Assembly (NCBI RefSeq): GCF_000143415.4
Contig: NW_003314428.1
Coordinates: 144,209-208,208 of the forward strand
Length of the DNA stretch: 64,000 bases
Reading direction: 5' to 3'
From: Selaginella moellendorffii
Lineage: Eukaryota; Plantae; Lycopodiophyta
Shown in pieces: positions 51,901-64,000 of the stretch. The first letter of the stretch is position 1. Each line of letters opens with the position of its first letter. Both the position numbers and the translations under genes were made by a program. The notes under the pieces were generated by a model. It did no database searches and was not told the DNA's origin. It worked only from the letters and a program-made list of their open reading frames with translations.

Positions 51901-54900
51901 TAGCAACCTTGGGATGCTTGCAAACATGGGGAATAGCCTTCTCTAATATCTCCTTTCCAGTCTTCACCAAGTCCCTTTCTGACCATAGCCGTGTTTGCCA
52001 ACACTGCCACTGGATCAAGGCCCATAGGCCCGACCACTAAGTCCCACAGTCCTTTGGGACTTCCTCACTGTGTGATTGTGTCCTTGATCACCACACTAGA
52101 GGGTTGCTCCTCTTCCTTTCCACAGTCTGGGATTTTGGGACAACATTTCAGAACACGGTGGCCCTACGCGAGCCACATGGGTACTCTCCCCGCCTTCCGC
52201 CTTTGGGTGTTCTAGCCATGGGCTTAGAGCGAGGTTCTGTTGAGCCATGCTGTAAGCAACCAAAGGGAACGACTTGAGAGATGATCCATGGGGTTCAAAT
52301 ATAGAGGGAAAGGGCTCATGAACAAGAGTGCACCCCCTTTTCCAATTGGTTAAGGGTCTTGGGATATTTGGGGTTAAGCGTCCTTGGGTTTGAATAGTAC
52401 TGGGCTGGGTGACCTCCCGGGAAGTCCAAACTCAGGACCTTACATTTGGTATCGGAGCGGTCTCGGGTTCGACTCTGTTGGTTGGCTTAGGGGAATCGCA
52501 CCACATGTTGATTGACATCTGGCTGGTCCAGTTTGCTCCCGCTGGGCTCGACCCGAGGGGTAGGGTGTCAAGAGAGCGAGGCTCTCGGGAGAGCTGCGGC
52601 TCTCAGCTTCCGTTCACGAGGGCGTGAACTTGCAGGGAAGCGTGGTGGATTGTAAGCAACCAAAGGGAACGACTTGAGAGATGATCCATGGGGTTCAAAT
52701 ATAGAGGGAAAGGGCTCATGAACAAGAGTGCACCCCCTTTTCCAATCGGTTAAGGGTCTTGGGATACTTGGGGTTAAGCGTCCTTGGGTTTGAATAGTAT
52801 TGGGATGGGTGACCTCCCGGGAAGTCCAAACTACCTGGTATCCAAATAGGTAGTGCCACCCACACTTGGACTAGGAGCATCGACCATTCGATCTCCTAGG
52901 GGAACTAGAGCCGGCTCTTGAATACTTCACCAAGCTACCCCGCTTGTCGGTCCGTGTTCACTCTAGTCTTGGACTTCCCAGTGGTCAGCTCATCACCCAA
53001 CACTTGGGTACAGCCTTCCTGGGCCAAACTAGCCTTTCTTGGCCAAACTAGCTTCACTGGGCTCAACCCCCACACTCTCCCTACTATTCTTTTGGAACCC
53101 CCCACAACATTGGGTTGCTCCTCTTCCTTTCCACAGTCTGGGATTTTGGGACAACATTTCAGAACACGGTGGCCCTACGCGAGCCACATGGGTACTCTCC
53201 CCGCCTTCCGCCTTTGGGTGTTCTAGCCATGGGCTTAGAGCGAGGTTCTGTTGAGCCATGCCTGGTATCCAAATAAGTAGTGCCACCCACACTTGGACTA
53301 GGAGCATCGACCATTCGATCTCCTAGGGGAACTAGAGCCGGCTCTTGAATACTTCACCAAGCTACCCCGCTTGTCGGTCCGTGTTCACTCTAGTCTTGGA
53401 CTTCCCAGTGGTCAGCTCATCACCCAACACTTGGGTACAGCCTTCCTGGGCCAAACTGGCCTTTCTTGGCCAAACTAGCTTCACTGGGCCCAACCCCCAC
53501 ACTCTCCCTACTATTCTTTTGGAACCCCCCACAATCCCCCCCCCCCCCTCCCCTCCGCCCCTTGGGGACGATTGCTTTGGGCTTTCACCCAATTGCCTGT
53601 ATTAGTATTTGGACTCAGACTCGGTCTCAGTCCCGGACTTGGACTTGGACTTGGTCTTGGTCTTGGTCTCAGTCTTAGTCTCGGTCTCAGTCCCAGTTCC
53701 ATCTCAGACTCCATCTTGGGTCCATCTTGGTCTCCATCTCGGGTTCATCTTGGGTCCATCTCAGACTCCATCTCGGGTCCATCTCAGACTCCATCTGAGG
53801 TCCATCTCGGGTCTATCTCGGACTCCATCTCGGATCCTCTTTTGTCCCTTTTCTAGAGACTCACTCATTGCTCGCTTCGTGCTTGTTCCTCCAGCACTTT
53901 GTTGGGAGTTCCACTCCCGCTCTTGACCTTTCAAGTCGGAGCTTTTAGTCCAGACATGTTACATTCGTTTGGCTTTCGCTTTGGCCACTACCACATGGCA
54001 CCCTTTTAACTGCACTTTGGGGCCTAGGGATTTTGTTTCTCACACCCAGATCCACTCCTTAGCATCATTAGGATGCTTATGGGCAGGGGGAACAGCCTTC
54101 CCCAAGATCCCTTTTTACATTCTCCACCAAGTCCCTTTCTGTCCACTTTCTGTCCATAACCATGTTCACCAACATTGCCTCTGGATCAAGGCCCACAGTC
54201 TCGACCACCAAGTCCCACTATCCTTTGGGACTTCTCCACTGTGTGACCGTGTCCTTGGTCACCACAACAGAGGACTCCTCCTCTTCCTTTCCACAGTCTG
54301 GGACTCTAGGACAACATTTCGGAACACCATGGCCCTACGCAGCCTCGTGGGTACTCTCCCTACCTTCCGCCTTTAGGTGCTCTAGCCATGGGCTTAGAGC
54401 AAGGTTCCGTTGAGCCACACCAGGTATCCAAGTAGGTAGTGCCACCCATGCTTGGATTGGGAGCATCAACCATTCGATCTCCCGGGGGAACTAAAGCCGG
54501 CTCTTGAACACTTCACCAAGCTACCCCACTTATTGGTCCGTATTCACTCTAGTCTTGGACATCCCAGTGGTCAGCTCATCACCCAACACCTGGCCCAGAC
54601 CTGCTCCATTAGGCTCCAACCCCCACACTCTCCCTACTATACTTTTGGAAACCCCACAGTCCCCCCCCCCCGGGAATGATCGCTTTGGGCTTACACCCAA
54701 CTACCTGTATTAGTATTTGGACTCGGGCTCAGACTCGGGCTCAGACTCGGTCTCGGTCTCGGACTCCATCTCGGGTCCATCTTAGACTCCATCCCAGACT
54801 CCATCCCAACTCCATCTCGGAATCCATCTCAGGTCCATCTCGGGTCCATCTCGGACCCCATCTCAGACTCCATCTCAGACTTCATCTCGGGTCCATCTCA

Positions 54901-55502
54901 GGTCCATCTCGGGTCCATCTCGGATCCATCTTAGACTCCATCTCGGACTCCATCTTGGACTCCATGTCGGGTCCAGCTCGGGTCCATCTCAGACTCCATC
55001 TCAGATCCATCTCAGACTCCATCTCAAGTCCAGCTTGGGTCCATCTCGGACTCCATCTCGGATCCATCTCAGACTCCATCTCGGATCCAACTCAGGTCCA
55101 TCTCGGACTCCATCTTGGACTCCATCTCGGACTCCATCTCGGATCTATCTCAGACTCCATCTCGGGTCCAGCTTGGGTCCATCTCGCACTCCATCTTGGA
55201 CTCCATCTCGGACTCCATCTCAGATCCATCTTGGACTCCATATCGGGTCCATCTCGGATCCATCTCGGACTCCATCTCGGGTCCATCTCGGGTCCTCTTG
55301 TGTCCCTTTTCTAGAGACTCACTCATTTTTCGCTTCGTGCTTGTTCCTCAAGCACTTCGTTGGAAGTTCCACTCCCGCTCTCAACTTTTCAAGTCAAAGC
55401 TTTTAATCCAAACGTGTTACACTCGATTGGCTTTCGCTTCGGCCACTACCACATGGCACCCTTTCAGCTCCACCTTGGGGCCTAGGGATTCCATATCTCA
55501 CA
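48975..55502 (-). mobile_element. Family A element: internal region (48975-51558), 5' LTR (51559-54044) and a second partial LTR (54045-55502)
   Basis: Reverse-complement PBS GCTCTGATACCA at ~51544-51555, next to TGTAAGTGACT. LTR ends ...TCTCACA at 54044 and 55502. Confidence 0.85.
52251..52832 (+). mobile_element. Cassandra TRIM missing the last ~12 bp of its 3' LTR
   Basis: LTR 52251-52444, PBS, internal region, LTR from 52651. 5S-like core present. Confidence 0.92.
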
Positions 55503-55909
55503 ATGGATCCTCTCTTAAGTCGTTCTCTTTAATTTCTTACAATCCACTATGGTCTTGTGTAAGTTCACGCCCTCATCAACAAAAGCTGAGAGCCACAACC
55601 CTCCTAAGAGCCCCCACTCTCTTGACACCCTACCCCTCAGGTCAAGCCTAGCTAGAGTAAACTGGACTTGTTAGATGTTAATGAACATGTGGTGCAATTC
55701 CCCTAGCCAATCAATAGAGTCGGACCCTCAAGACCCGCTCTGATACCAAATGTAAGCTCCTGAATTTGGACTTCTCAGGAAGTTTCTTAGCCTAATACTA
55801 TTCAAACCTAAGGATGTTTAATTTAAGGGTGCACTTATTCATGGGCCCTTTCCTTTTATATTTAAACCCCATGGATTGTCTCTCAAGTCATTCTTCTTGG
55901 TTACTTACA
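55503..55909 (-). mobile_element. Older, truncated Cassandra TRIM
   Basis: Reverse-complement PPT, internal region and PBS, plus a deleted LTR at 55751-55909. Confidence 0.8.
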
Positions 55910-56539
55910 AAACTAAAGAAGAGATATTGGGGAAAAGTATTCCCTATGTCTTTAGTCATCCTAAGGATGCTAAGGTGTGGTCATAGGATGACTACTCATG
56001 GACAGATAGCCCCATCTTTGGGAGATGAGACTATGGTATGGATGGTCTTGGATTACTTATGAGGCAAAGGTAAATGGATATAACTGTAGTATAATAGGTA
56101 CCTTTGGGTGTCTATTGTGGGATCAAATATGTGAAGCACTTGGACCAAGTGCAAAGGTTGAGTGGCATATATGCTATTTATAAGGCTAGCATATCCCCAA
56201 GTTGGGAATAAGACTTATGGAGGTTCTGAGTGAGACTAGGTGTGATTGAGTGATTAAAGTAAAAGGGAAAATTTAGTTTTTTACAACTTGGTATCAGAGC
56301 TGTTGCTTAATCCGACTCGTATGGGTGGTCAAGTATATCACTACTTGATATCAGAACTGGAAGGTCCCAAAAGTGGATCTATCTTTGAGTAGTATGTTGA
56401 AAGGGCATGATTCTCCACTTGAGTTTGTACGTGAATATGTAGGTAGTGTGGTGGATAGAAAGGGGTCAATAAAGGAACAATTTTGGGATCTTGGGAATAG
56501 TAGAAGGTTTTCTTTAAAAAGTTAAGGATGTGATTTATT
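55910..56539 (+). mobile_element. Old family A LTR end, PBS and leader
   Basis: LTR ends at 56285. TGGTATCAGAGC at 56289. Confidence 0.8.
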
Positions 56540-59500
56540 TGTGAGACACAAAATCCCTAGGCCCCAAAGTGGAGCCGGAAGGGTGCCATGTGGTGATGGC
56601 CGAAGTGAAAACCAAACGAGCGTAACACGTTTGGACTAAAAGCTCCAACTCAAAAGGTTGATAGCGGGAGTGGAACTCCCAACAAAGTGCTCGAGGAACA
56701 AGCATGAAGCGAGCAATAAGCGAGGCTCCAAAAAGGGACCCAAAAAGGACCAACACATGACACGTGGAAGTGTCCGAGATGGACCCAAGTTCGGGTCTGA
56801 AGTGGAGTCCGAGATGGATCCGAAGTGGAGTCTGAAGTGGAGTCCGAAGTGGAGTCCGAGGTGGACCCGAGATGGAGTTCGAGATGGAGTCCGAGGTGGA
56901 CCCGAGATGGAGTCCGAGGTGGAGTCCGAGGTGGAGTCTGAGATGGACCCGAGATGGAGTCCGAGATGGACCCGAAATGGAGTCCGAGATGGAGTCCGAG
57001 ATGGACCCGAGATGGAGTCCAAGGTGGAGTTCGAGATGGACCCGAGATGGACCCGAAATGGAGTCCGAGATGGACCCGAGATGGAGTCCGAGATGGACAC
57101 GAGATGGAGTCCGAGATGGAGTCCGAGATGGACCCGAGATGGAGTCTGAGGTCGAGACCGAGATTGAGACCGAGACCAGAACCGAGACCGAGACCGAGAT
57201 CGGGACCGAGACCGAGACCGGGGCTGAGGCCGAGACCAAGCCCGAGTCCGAGTCCGAGTCCGAGTCCGAGTCCGAGTCTGAGTTCGAGTCTGAGAGGGTG
57301 AAAGCCCAAAGCGTTCGTCTCCCAGACCCGGGGGGTTTGGTGAGCTCCAAAAGTATAGTAGGGGGGGAGGACTGCAGTGGAGCCAGTTTGGCCAGGAAAG
57401 GCCAGTTTGGCTCAGGAAGGCCGGACCCAGTGTTGGGTGATGAGCTGCCCATTGGGAAGTCCAAGACTAGAGTGAACATGGACCGACAAGCGGGGTAGCT
57501 TGGTGAAGTGTTCAAGAGCCGGCTCTAGTTCCCCCGGGAGATCGACTGGCCGATGCTCCCAGTCCAAATGTGGGTGGCACTACCTACTTGGATACCTATC
57601 GTGGCTCAACGGAACCTCGCTCTAAGCCCATGGCTAGAGCACCTAAACGCGAAACGCGGGGAGAGTACCCATGAGGCTTGCGTAAGGCCACGGTGTTCCG
57701 AAATGTTGTCCCGAAGGCCCAGACTGTGGAAAGGCAGAGGAGTAGTTCTCTGGTGTAGTGACTAAGGATACAGTCGTGTGGTGAGGAAGTCCCAGAGGAC
57801 CGTGGGACTTAGTGGTCGGGCCTATGGGCCTTGATCCAGTGGCAGTGTTGGCGAATACGGTCATGGCCAGAAAGGGGCTTGGTAGGGACCGGAAAGGGGA
57901 TATTGGGGAGGGCTATTCCCCATGTCTGTGGGCATCCTAAGGATGCTAAGGAGTGGATCGGGGATGATCCCTCATAGACGGATGGCCCAGTCTTTGAGAG
58001 ACAGGACTGTGGTGTAGGTGGTGTTAGACCACCGGTGTGACCAAGGTGAAAGGGCATGGCCTAGCGTAACAAGCTGGTATGTTGGTGGTACCTTGGAGTG
58101 CCGGTCATGGGATTGGACACGTGGAGCACTTGGACCAAGTGCTAAGGTGGAGTGGCATGGATGCCATTCTCGGGGCTAGCAAGCCCCATGTCTTGAGTTG
58201 GACTTATAGAGGTTGTGAATGAGACTCCTCCAAGTGGTCGGAGGTGTGGTTAAGTGACTAAAGTAAAATGGAAAAATTAGTCGCTTACATTTGGTATCAG
58301 AGCTGTTCCTTAGTCCGACTTTTATTGGTGCTCAAGTATATCACCATTGATGTTGGCATCGGAAGGTCCTAGGAGTGGGCCTATCCTGGAGGAGTAGCAT
58401 GTCGAGAGGACATGGCTCTCCACTCAAGTTCATGCGTGAACTTGGGCACAATGTGGTGGATAGAAAAGGGCCAATAATGGAACGACTTTGGGATCTTGGG
58501 AACAGTATAAGGTCTCCTCAGAGAGTTGAGGATGTGATCCAAATGAGCGTTTGACGCAGCAAACGGGCTAACGTAGTTGTGATAAACAACTATAGTTGGG
58601 ATCACGGGAAAGATGTAGACTCCAAAATAATAAAGGAGTTACAAGATTATCCTCATATAGTTGAGGTTGGTGCTCATGAATGTGAGACCAGAGGTAATGA
58701 CCGTGGGAGGTCAAATACAGAAGAGGACTCAAGTCCTTGAAATGGTAGCCGGGGCTACCTTTAATAAATGCTGGAACAACCCAAGGAGTTGGGGGGTGTA
58801 CTTAAACATGAGTTGGTATTCTCATTACATGGACAAGTAGTCATAAGGGGCAAAGGTTGCCCCTAGAGAACAAAATCAAGTGTCAGAGTAACACTTATGA
58901 AAATAGTCCTTTTGAGTAGGACAGGAATGCAAGAAGTGTATTCCAGTGAGCTAGTGCCTCACAAGTAGGACCTTATGGGTCTGTGGATTAACCAAGTCCA
59001 AAACTGCTAGATGACTCAAGTAGAGTCAAGAGATGGTCCTAAAAGAACTGATGGAAGCATTTGGACTGAGGTGTGTGGTACCCCATGAAGGATGGGGGGG
59101 GGGATCATAGGATCCAAGGATGAGAACAGAGGGTATCTCATCGATGGCAAAATGTGCCATGCTAAAGTCGTGGGAAAGGTGTTCCCAACAAGAAAACAAC
59201 TTTGACACAAAGTTGTGTGTGACCTCTATGGTGCAGTGCTAACGGATGGTCGGTTTGAGAAAGAGTGGTATTGGTCTTGGCAAAGACTTAGACACAAAGA
59301 AGAAGTGTCATAGAGGTAGGCTCGTGGAGCTGATGGTGTGGAGACACCAAATGTGCCAAGGTGTGATACTTTGAGGCTATGTTGGTGGGTTCATGAGAAC
59401 CCCTTGCCAAAGGAATCCCAATAGAAATGGGAATGGCATAGCCTAAGTTGCAGAGCATGCAGTTGGAGTGTGGTGACCCAGATAATGATGGAGGTGTGGA

Positions 59501-62500
59501 AGCACCAGCAATGAGTTGTAGGATTTGACAACTACGAGGCAACTAAGCAAGAGGTGCAAAATAATTGGTTAATGGGTAGAAAGTAGCTACCCAAGCCTTC
59601 TTAATGGCATAAGGAAGTGGATATACCCTTACGGGGGATAAGTTGCTTATGTTGCGATATAGTAAGTCAATGTCATAAAAGGAAATACTCATTGTCAAGG
59701 AAGCCGTCATTGGGACACCCGAACACTCTAGAACACCAGGAGGTGGTGTTTGATGTCGCGAGGGCAGTAGATAAGGCCCAAGGGACTAAATCCCTAGCGA
59801 ATGATGGATAGTAGGTGCTATCCAAATGTCCAAGGTGGCGAAGACAGGAGAAGACTATCTACTCGAATTGGACAAAGCCAAAAATAGAATTTTGGCAAGG
59901 CTAGCAATGGGCATGCAATGGCCCGTAAGCAACAACGTAATCCCGGTGTGTGGGATTATAGGGTGAGCATACCTGGATTGAGGAACCACTCCCTAAGCTA
60001 TCGGGTAGGTTCATCCCTAAGATACTTGCTAAGGAATGATAGAAAGTGCAAAGNNNNNNNNNNNNNNNNNNNNNNNNNNNNNNNNNNNNNNNNNNNNNNN
60101 NNNNNNNNNNNNNNNNNNNNNNNNNNNNNNNNNNNNNNNNNNNNNNNNNNNNNNNNNNNNNNNNNNNNNNNNNNNNNNNNNNNNNNNNNNNNNNNNNNNN
60201 NNNNNNNNNNNNNNNNNNNNNNNNNNNNNNNNNNNNNNNNNNNNNNNNNNNNNNNNNNNNNNNNNNNNNNNNNNNNNNNNNNNNNNNNNNNNNNNNNNNN
60301 NNNNNNNNNNNNNNNNNNNNNNNNNNNNNNNNNNNNNNNCAAAGAGGATTCTAGGTAGCTTAGTACCGTAGAAAGGCCAAGTGTAAATGGTTCAAGGAAC
60401 GTGCGAAATCAGAGTGGCGTAGCAGAAGCGTGGTCTTGAAGCTTGCCCTGAGGCAAGGCTATCAAGGTTAGGGAAGTAATTCCCGAGTGTTCAAAGATAG
60501 GGCTTTGAACGAAAGTCGATGATCAAGGGCTTTCACGCTTGTGCAGGAACCATGTTACGTGGTCGGAGGACTTGCCAAAGCGAGATTGGCAAGTTAGGGG
60601 AACAAATACCCTAGTTGAAGGTGATAACTTCAAAAAGGGTGGGCTATGGGGCCAAGTATGGAGGAGTCCATGCATGATCACAGGCTTGTCAAGTGAGAGG
60701 ACTTGGCAGTGGGGAGAAACTAGGTTCCTAAGCTGTGATCTATAGCGCGCTTTAAATATAAGTTGGTGCACCGGCGTGGGGAGTCACGCCAGGCATCCTA
60801 TGTGATGCCTTCCGTAGATGCATATACGGAGGTTGGGTTCGAGTCCCGACCCTCTAGTGCTTGGGTTCGAGTCCCAAATCACTAGGGCGTGGCGATGGTT
60901 TGGAATATGAGGACACTCATATTTCGGTGGTCATGGACTCTCAGTGGGGAGATTGGTTTGGGCACACCGCCAAGCGAGGGATGCCTCAGAGTTGTGATGC
61001 ACAGTTAGATTGCTTAGTGTGAAAGCTCGGCATATCTAACTTGAACGCTTTGGTGCAAATGGCACCAAGGACGTGGTGAGTGAGATGGGGACACCTTATC
61101 TCAGTTGCTATGAACCCTTGGCCGTAAGGGCTGGCTTGGGTGCACCGCCAAGTGTGGGGGATGCCCCCGGGGTTATAGTCAACAACTTGAAGGTCTAAAG
61201 GACCTAGTACTTATTGGCAAACCTATTAAGGTGCCGAGGTGAGATCACTAGGTGATCTTGTGGCTAAATAAGGACAAGGTCCTTATTTGGGTTAAGGAAT
61301 AAGGTTCCTAGTTCAAAGTGTTGATTTGAGCTATTGATGATGGTGTGGCTTGGTCAAGGTGACCAAGTGGGAAAAGCACCTTAGGGAAATGAGCTATGTC
61401 ATTACGATGGCATAGTGTGTCCAAGGAAAGTAGTCTCTAAAAAGACCCATGGGAGGGTCACAAAGTTGGGCGTGGATAGAGGCCACAGCAGAAGATGCTA
61501 AAGAGACTTACTAGGGGTGAACACCCTAGTCTTGGCAAAGCAGAGCCTTTGCTATGGAATCAAAAGAATACCTCAAGGAGGGAGGTAAAGATCCAGTGTT
61601 GCTTGGTGCAACAATCAACAGATAGGAGCAAAAGATGAGTGGCCAAGATAGGGCCGTGGAATCCCTTGGAAGGAATCCAAGTGGCAAAGTTAGGCGAGGA
61701 ACACTAATGTGTTGGACGCTAACAAATTGCGGGAAAGGAAGTGTGTTTCCAAGGATGGATTTCGAATTGCTCCGATTTGGCGAAAGTGGAAGCTCCAAGG
61801 GAGGGAGCGGTAAGGTAGCCAAATGGTAGGGCCATGGACAACCCTAGCACAAAGTATAATAAATGGAACTTAGTGCCCAAGGTGGCACGAAATAGAAGAG
61901 AGGATGATGGTGCCCTCAAGTAAAGAACTTCCTAGGATGGGGAAGTGGAGTTGCACAATATGTGCAATGCAAGGTGTTGGAGACACCTAGGAAATTGACT
62001 TCCAGAAGTCAAAGAGTAAAAGTTCCAAGGTGCAAACGTTCAATAGATGGAAATTGAAACTACTCGAGAAGGAGTAGTGGGATTGACTTAGAGAAGGGTC
62101 TCTAAGAGGTTTAGCAAGAACTAAACCAATAAAAGGAGAGAACCACTACATGTGGTTTAATCAGTCTCTAAGTTGGAGACACTACACTCCTTAGAGGATG
62201 GACAAGGCATGGTGAGCCTTTGGTGTCAAACCATAGACAAATATTGGCTAGGTGCCAAAGATGGAAATGGTAACACGTGCGGGTGTTACTTTATGAAAGG
62301 GTTTACTGTTCGATGAGGACATCGAACTTCATCTATGGGTGGTGGAGTTGTGAGACACAAAATCCCTAGGCCCCAAAGTGGAGCCGGAAGGGTGCCATGT
62401 GGTGGTGGCCGAAGCAAAAACCAAACGAGCGTAACACGTTTGGACTAAAATCTCCAACTCGAAAGGTTGAGAGTGGGAGTGGAACTCCCAACAAAGTGCT

Positions 62501-64000
62501 CGAGGAACAAGCACGAAGCAAGCAATAAGCGAGGCTCCAAAAAGGGACCCAAAAAGGACCAACACATGACACGTGGAAGTGTCCGAGATGGACCCAAGTT
62601 CGGGTCCGAAGTGGAGTCCGAGATGGATCCGAAGTGGAGTCCGAAGTGGAGTCCGAGGTGGACCCGAGATGGAGTCCTAGATGGAGTCTGAGGTGGACCC
62701 GAGATGGAGTCCAAGATGGAGTCCGAGGTGGAGTCCGAGATGGACCCGAGATGGAGTCCGAGGTGGAGTCCGAGATGGACCCGAGATGGACCCGAAATGG
62801 AGTCCGAGATGGAGTCCGAGATGGACCCAAGATGGAGTCTGAGGTGGAGTTCGAGATGGACCTGAGATGGACCCGAAATGGAGTCCGAGATGGAGTTCGA
62901 GGTCGAGACTGAGATCGAGACCGAGACCGGAACCGAGACCGAGACCGAGATCGGGACCGAGACCGAGACCGGGGCCGAGGCCGAGACCAAGCCCGAGTCC
63001 GAGTCCGAGTCCGAGTCCGAGTTCGAGTCTGAGAGGGTGAAAGCCCAAAGCGTTCGTCTCCCAGACCCTGGGGGGTTTGGTGAGCTCCAAAAGTATAGTA
63101 GGGGGGGAGGACTGCAGTGGAGCCAGTTTGGCCAGGAAAGGCTAGTTTGGCCCAGGAAGGCCGGACCCAGTGTTGGGTGATGAGCTGCCCATTGGGAAGT
63201 CCAAGACTAGAGTGAACACGGACCGACAAGCGGGGTAGCTTGGTGAAGTGTTCAAGAGCCGGCTCTAGTTCCCCCGGGAGATCGACTAGCCGATGCTCCC
63301 AGTCCAAGTGTGGGTGGCACTACCTACTTGGATACCTATCGTGGCTCAACGGAACCTCGCTCTAAGCCCATGGCTAGAGCACCTAAACGCGAAACGCGGG
63401 GAGAGTACCCATGAGGCTTGCGTAAGGCCACGGTGTTCCGAAATGTTGTCCCGAAGGCCCAGACTGTGGAAAGGCAGAGGAGTAGTTCTCTGGTGTAGTG
63501 ACTAAGGATACAGTCGTGTGGTGAGGAAGTCCCAGAGGACCGTGGGACTTAGTGGTCGGGCCTATGGGCCTTGATCCAGTGGCAGTGTTGGCGAATACGG
63601 TCATGGCCAGAAAGGGGCTTGGTAGGGACCGGAAAGGGGATATTGGGGAGGGCTATTCCCCATGTCTGTGGGCATCCTAAGGATGCTAAGGAGTGGATCG
63701 GGGATGATCCCTCATAGACGGATGGCCCAGTCTTTGAGAGACAGGACTGTGGTGTAGGTGGTGTTAGACCACCGGTGTGACCAAGGTGAAAGGGCATGGC
63801 CTAGCGTAACGGGCTGGTATGTTGGTGGTACCTTGGAGTGCCGGTCATGGGATCGGACACGTGGAGCACTTGGACCAAGTGCTAAGGTGGAGTGGCATGG
63901 ATGCCATTCTCGGGGCTAGCAAGCCCCAAGTCTTGAGTTGGACTTATAGAGGTTGTGAATGAGACTCCTCCAAGTGGTCGGAGGTGTGGTTAAGTGACTA
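56540..64000 (+). mobile_element. Young non-autonomous LTR retrotransposon (LARD-like, family A)
   Basis: 5' LTR 56540-58289, Met PBS at 58292, ~4 kb internal region with no recognisable gag/pol, PPT ATGGGTGGTGGAGT, near-identical 3' LTR from 62349 running off the window. Confidence 0.9.
60054..60339. other. Assembly gap (N run)
   Basis: Ns. Confidence 1.

Overview
Eukaryotic nuclear DNA from a land plant with flagellated sperm. The 44-61 bp introns, ciliary genes and a PLS-E PPR relic fit a Selaginella-like lycophyte (inference). A small gene island (~8.7-24.4 kb) holds three intact-looking ciliary/basal-body genes: CFAP157-like, a calcyphosin-like/EF-hand fusion gene and CEP131. The rest is mostly nested LTR retrotransposons: a non-autonomous LARD-like family with repeat-filled ~1.75 kb LTRs ('family A'); a chromoviral Ty3/Gypsy remnant ('family B'); a full-length non-chromoviral Gypsy element (32087-43296) with TA...CA LTRs and one very long polyprotein frame; and four 5S-rRNA-bearing Cassandra TRIMs. 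Highlights: (1) two host-sized GT-AG introns interrupt the chromovirus integrase, one just before the catalytic Glu; (2) a covarying multi-hairpin module with tRNA T-arm mimics is shared by families A and B; (3) a Cassandra/family-B chimera sits inside a single TSD and points to Cassandra's helper element. There are two assembly gaps. All homology calls are by motif recognition, not database search.
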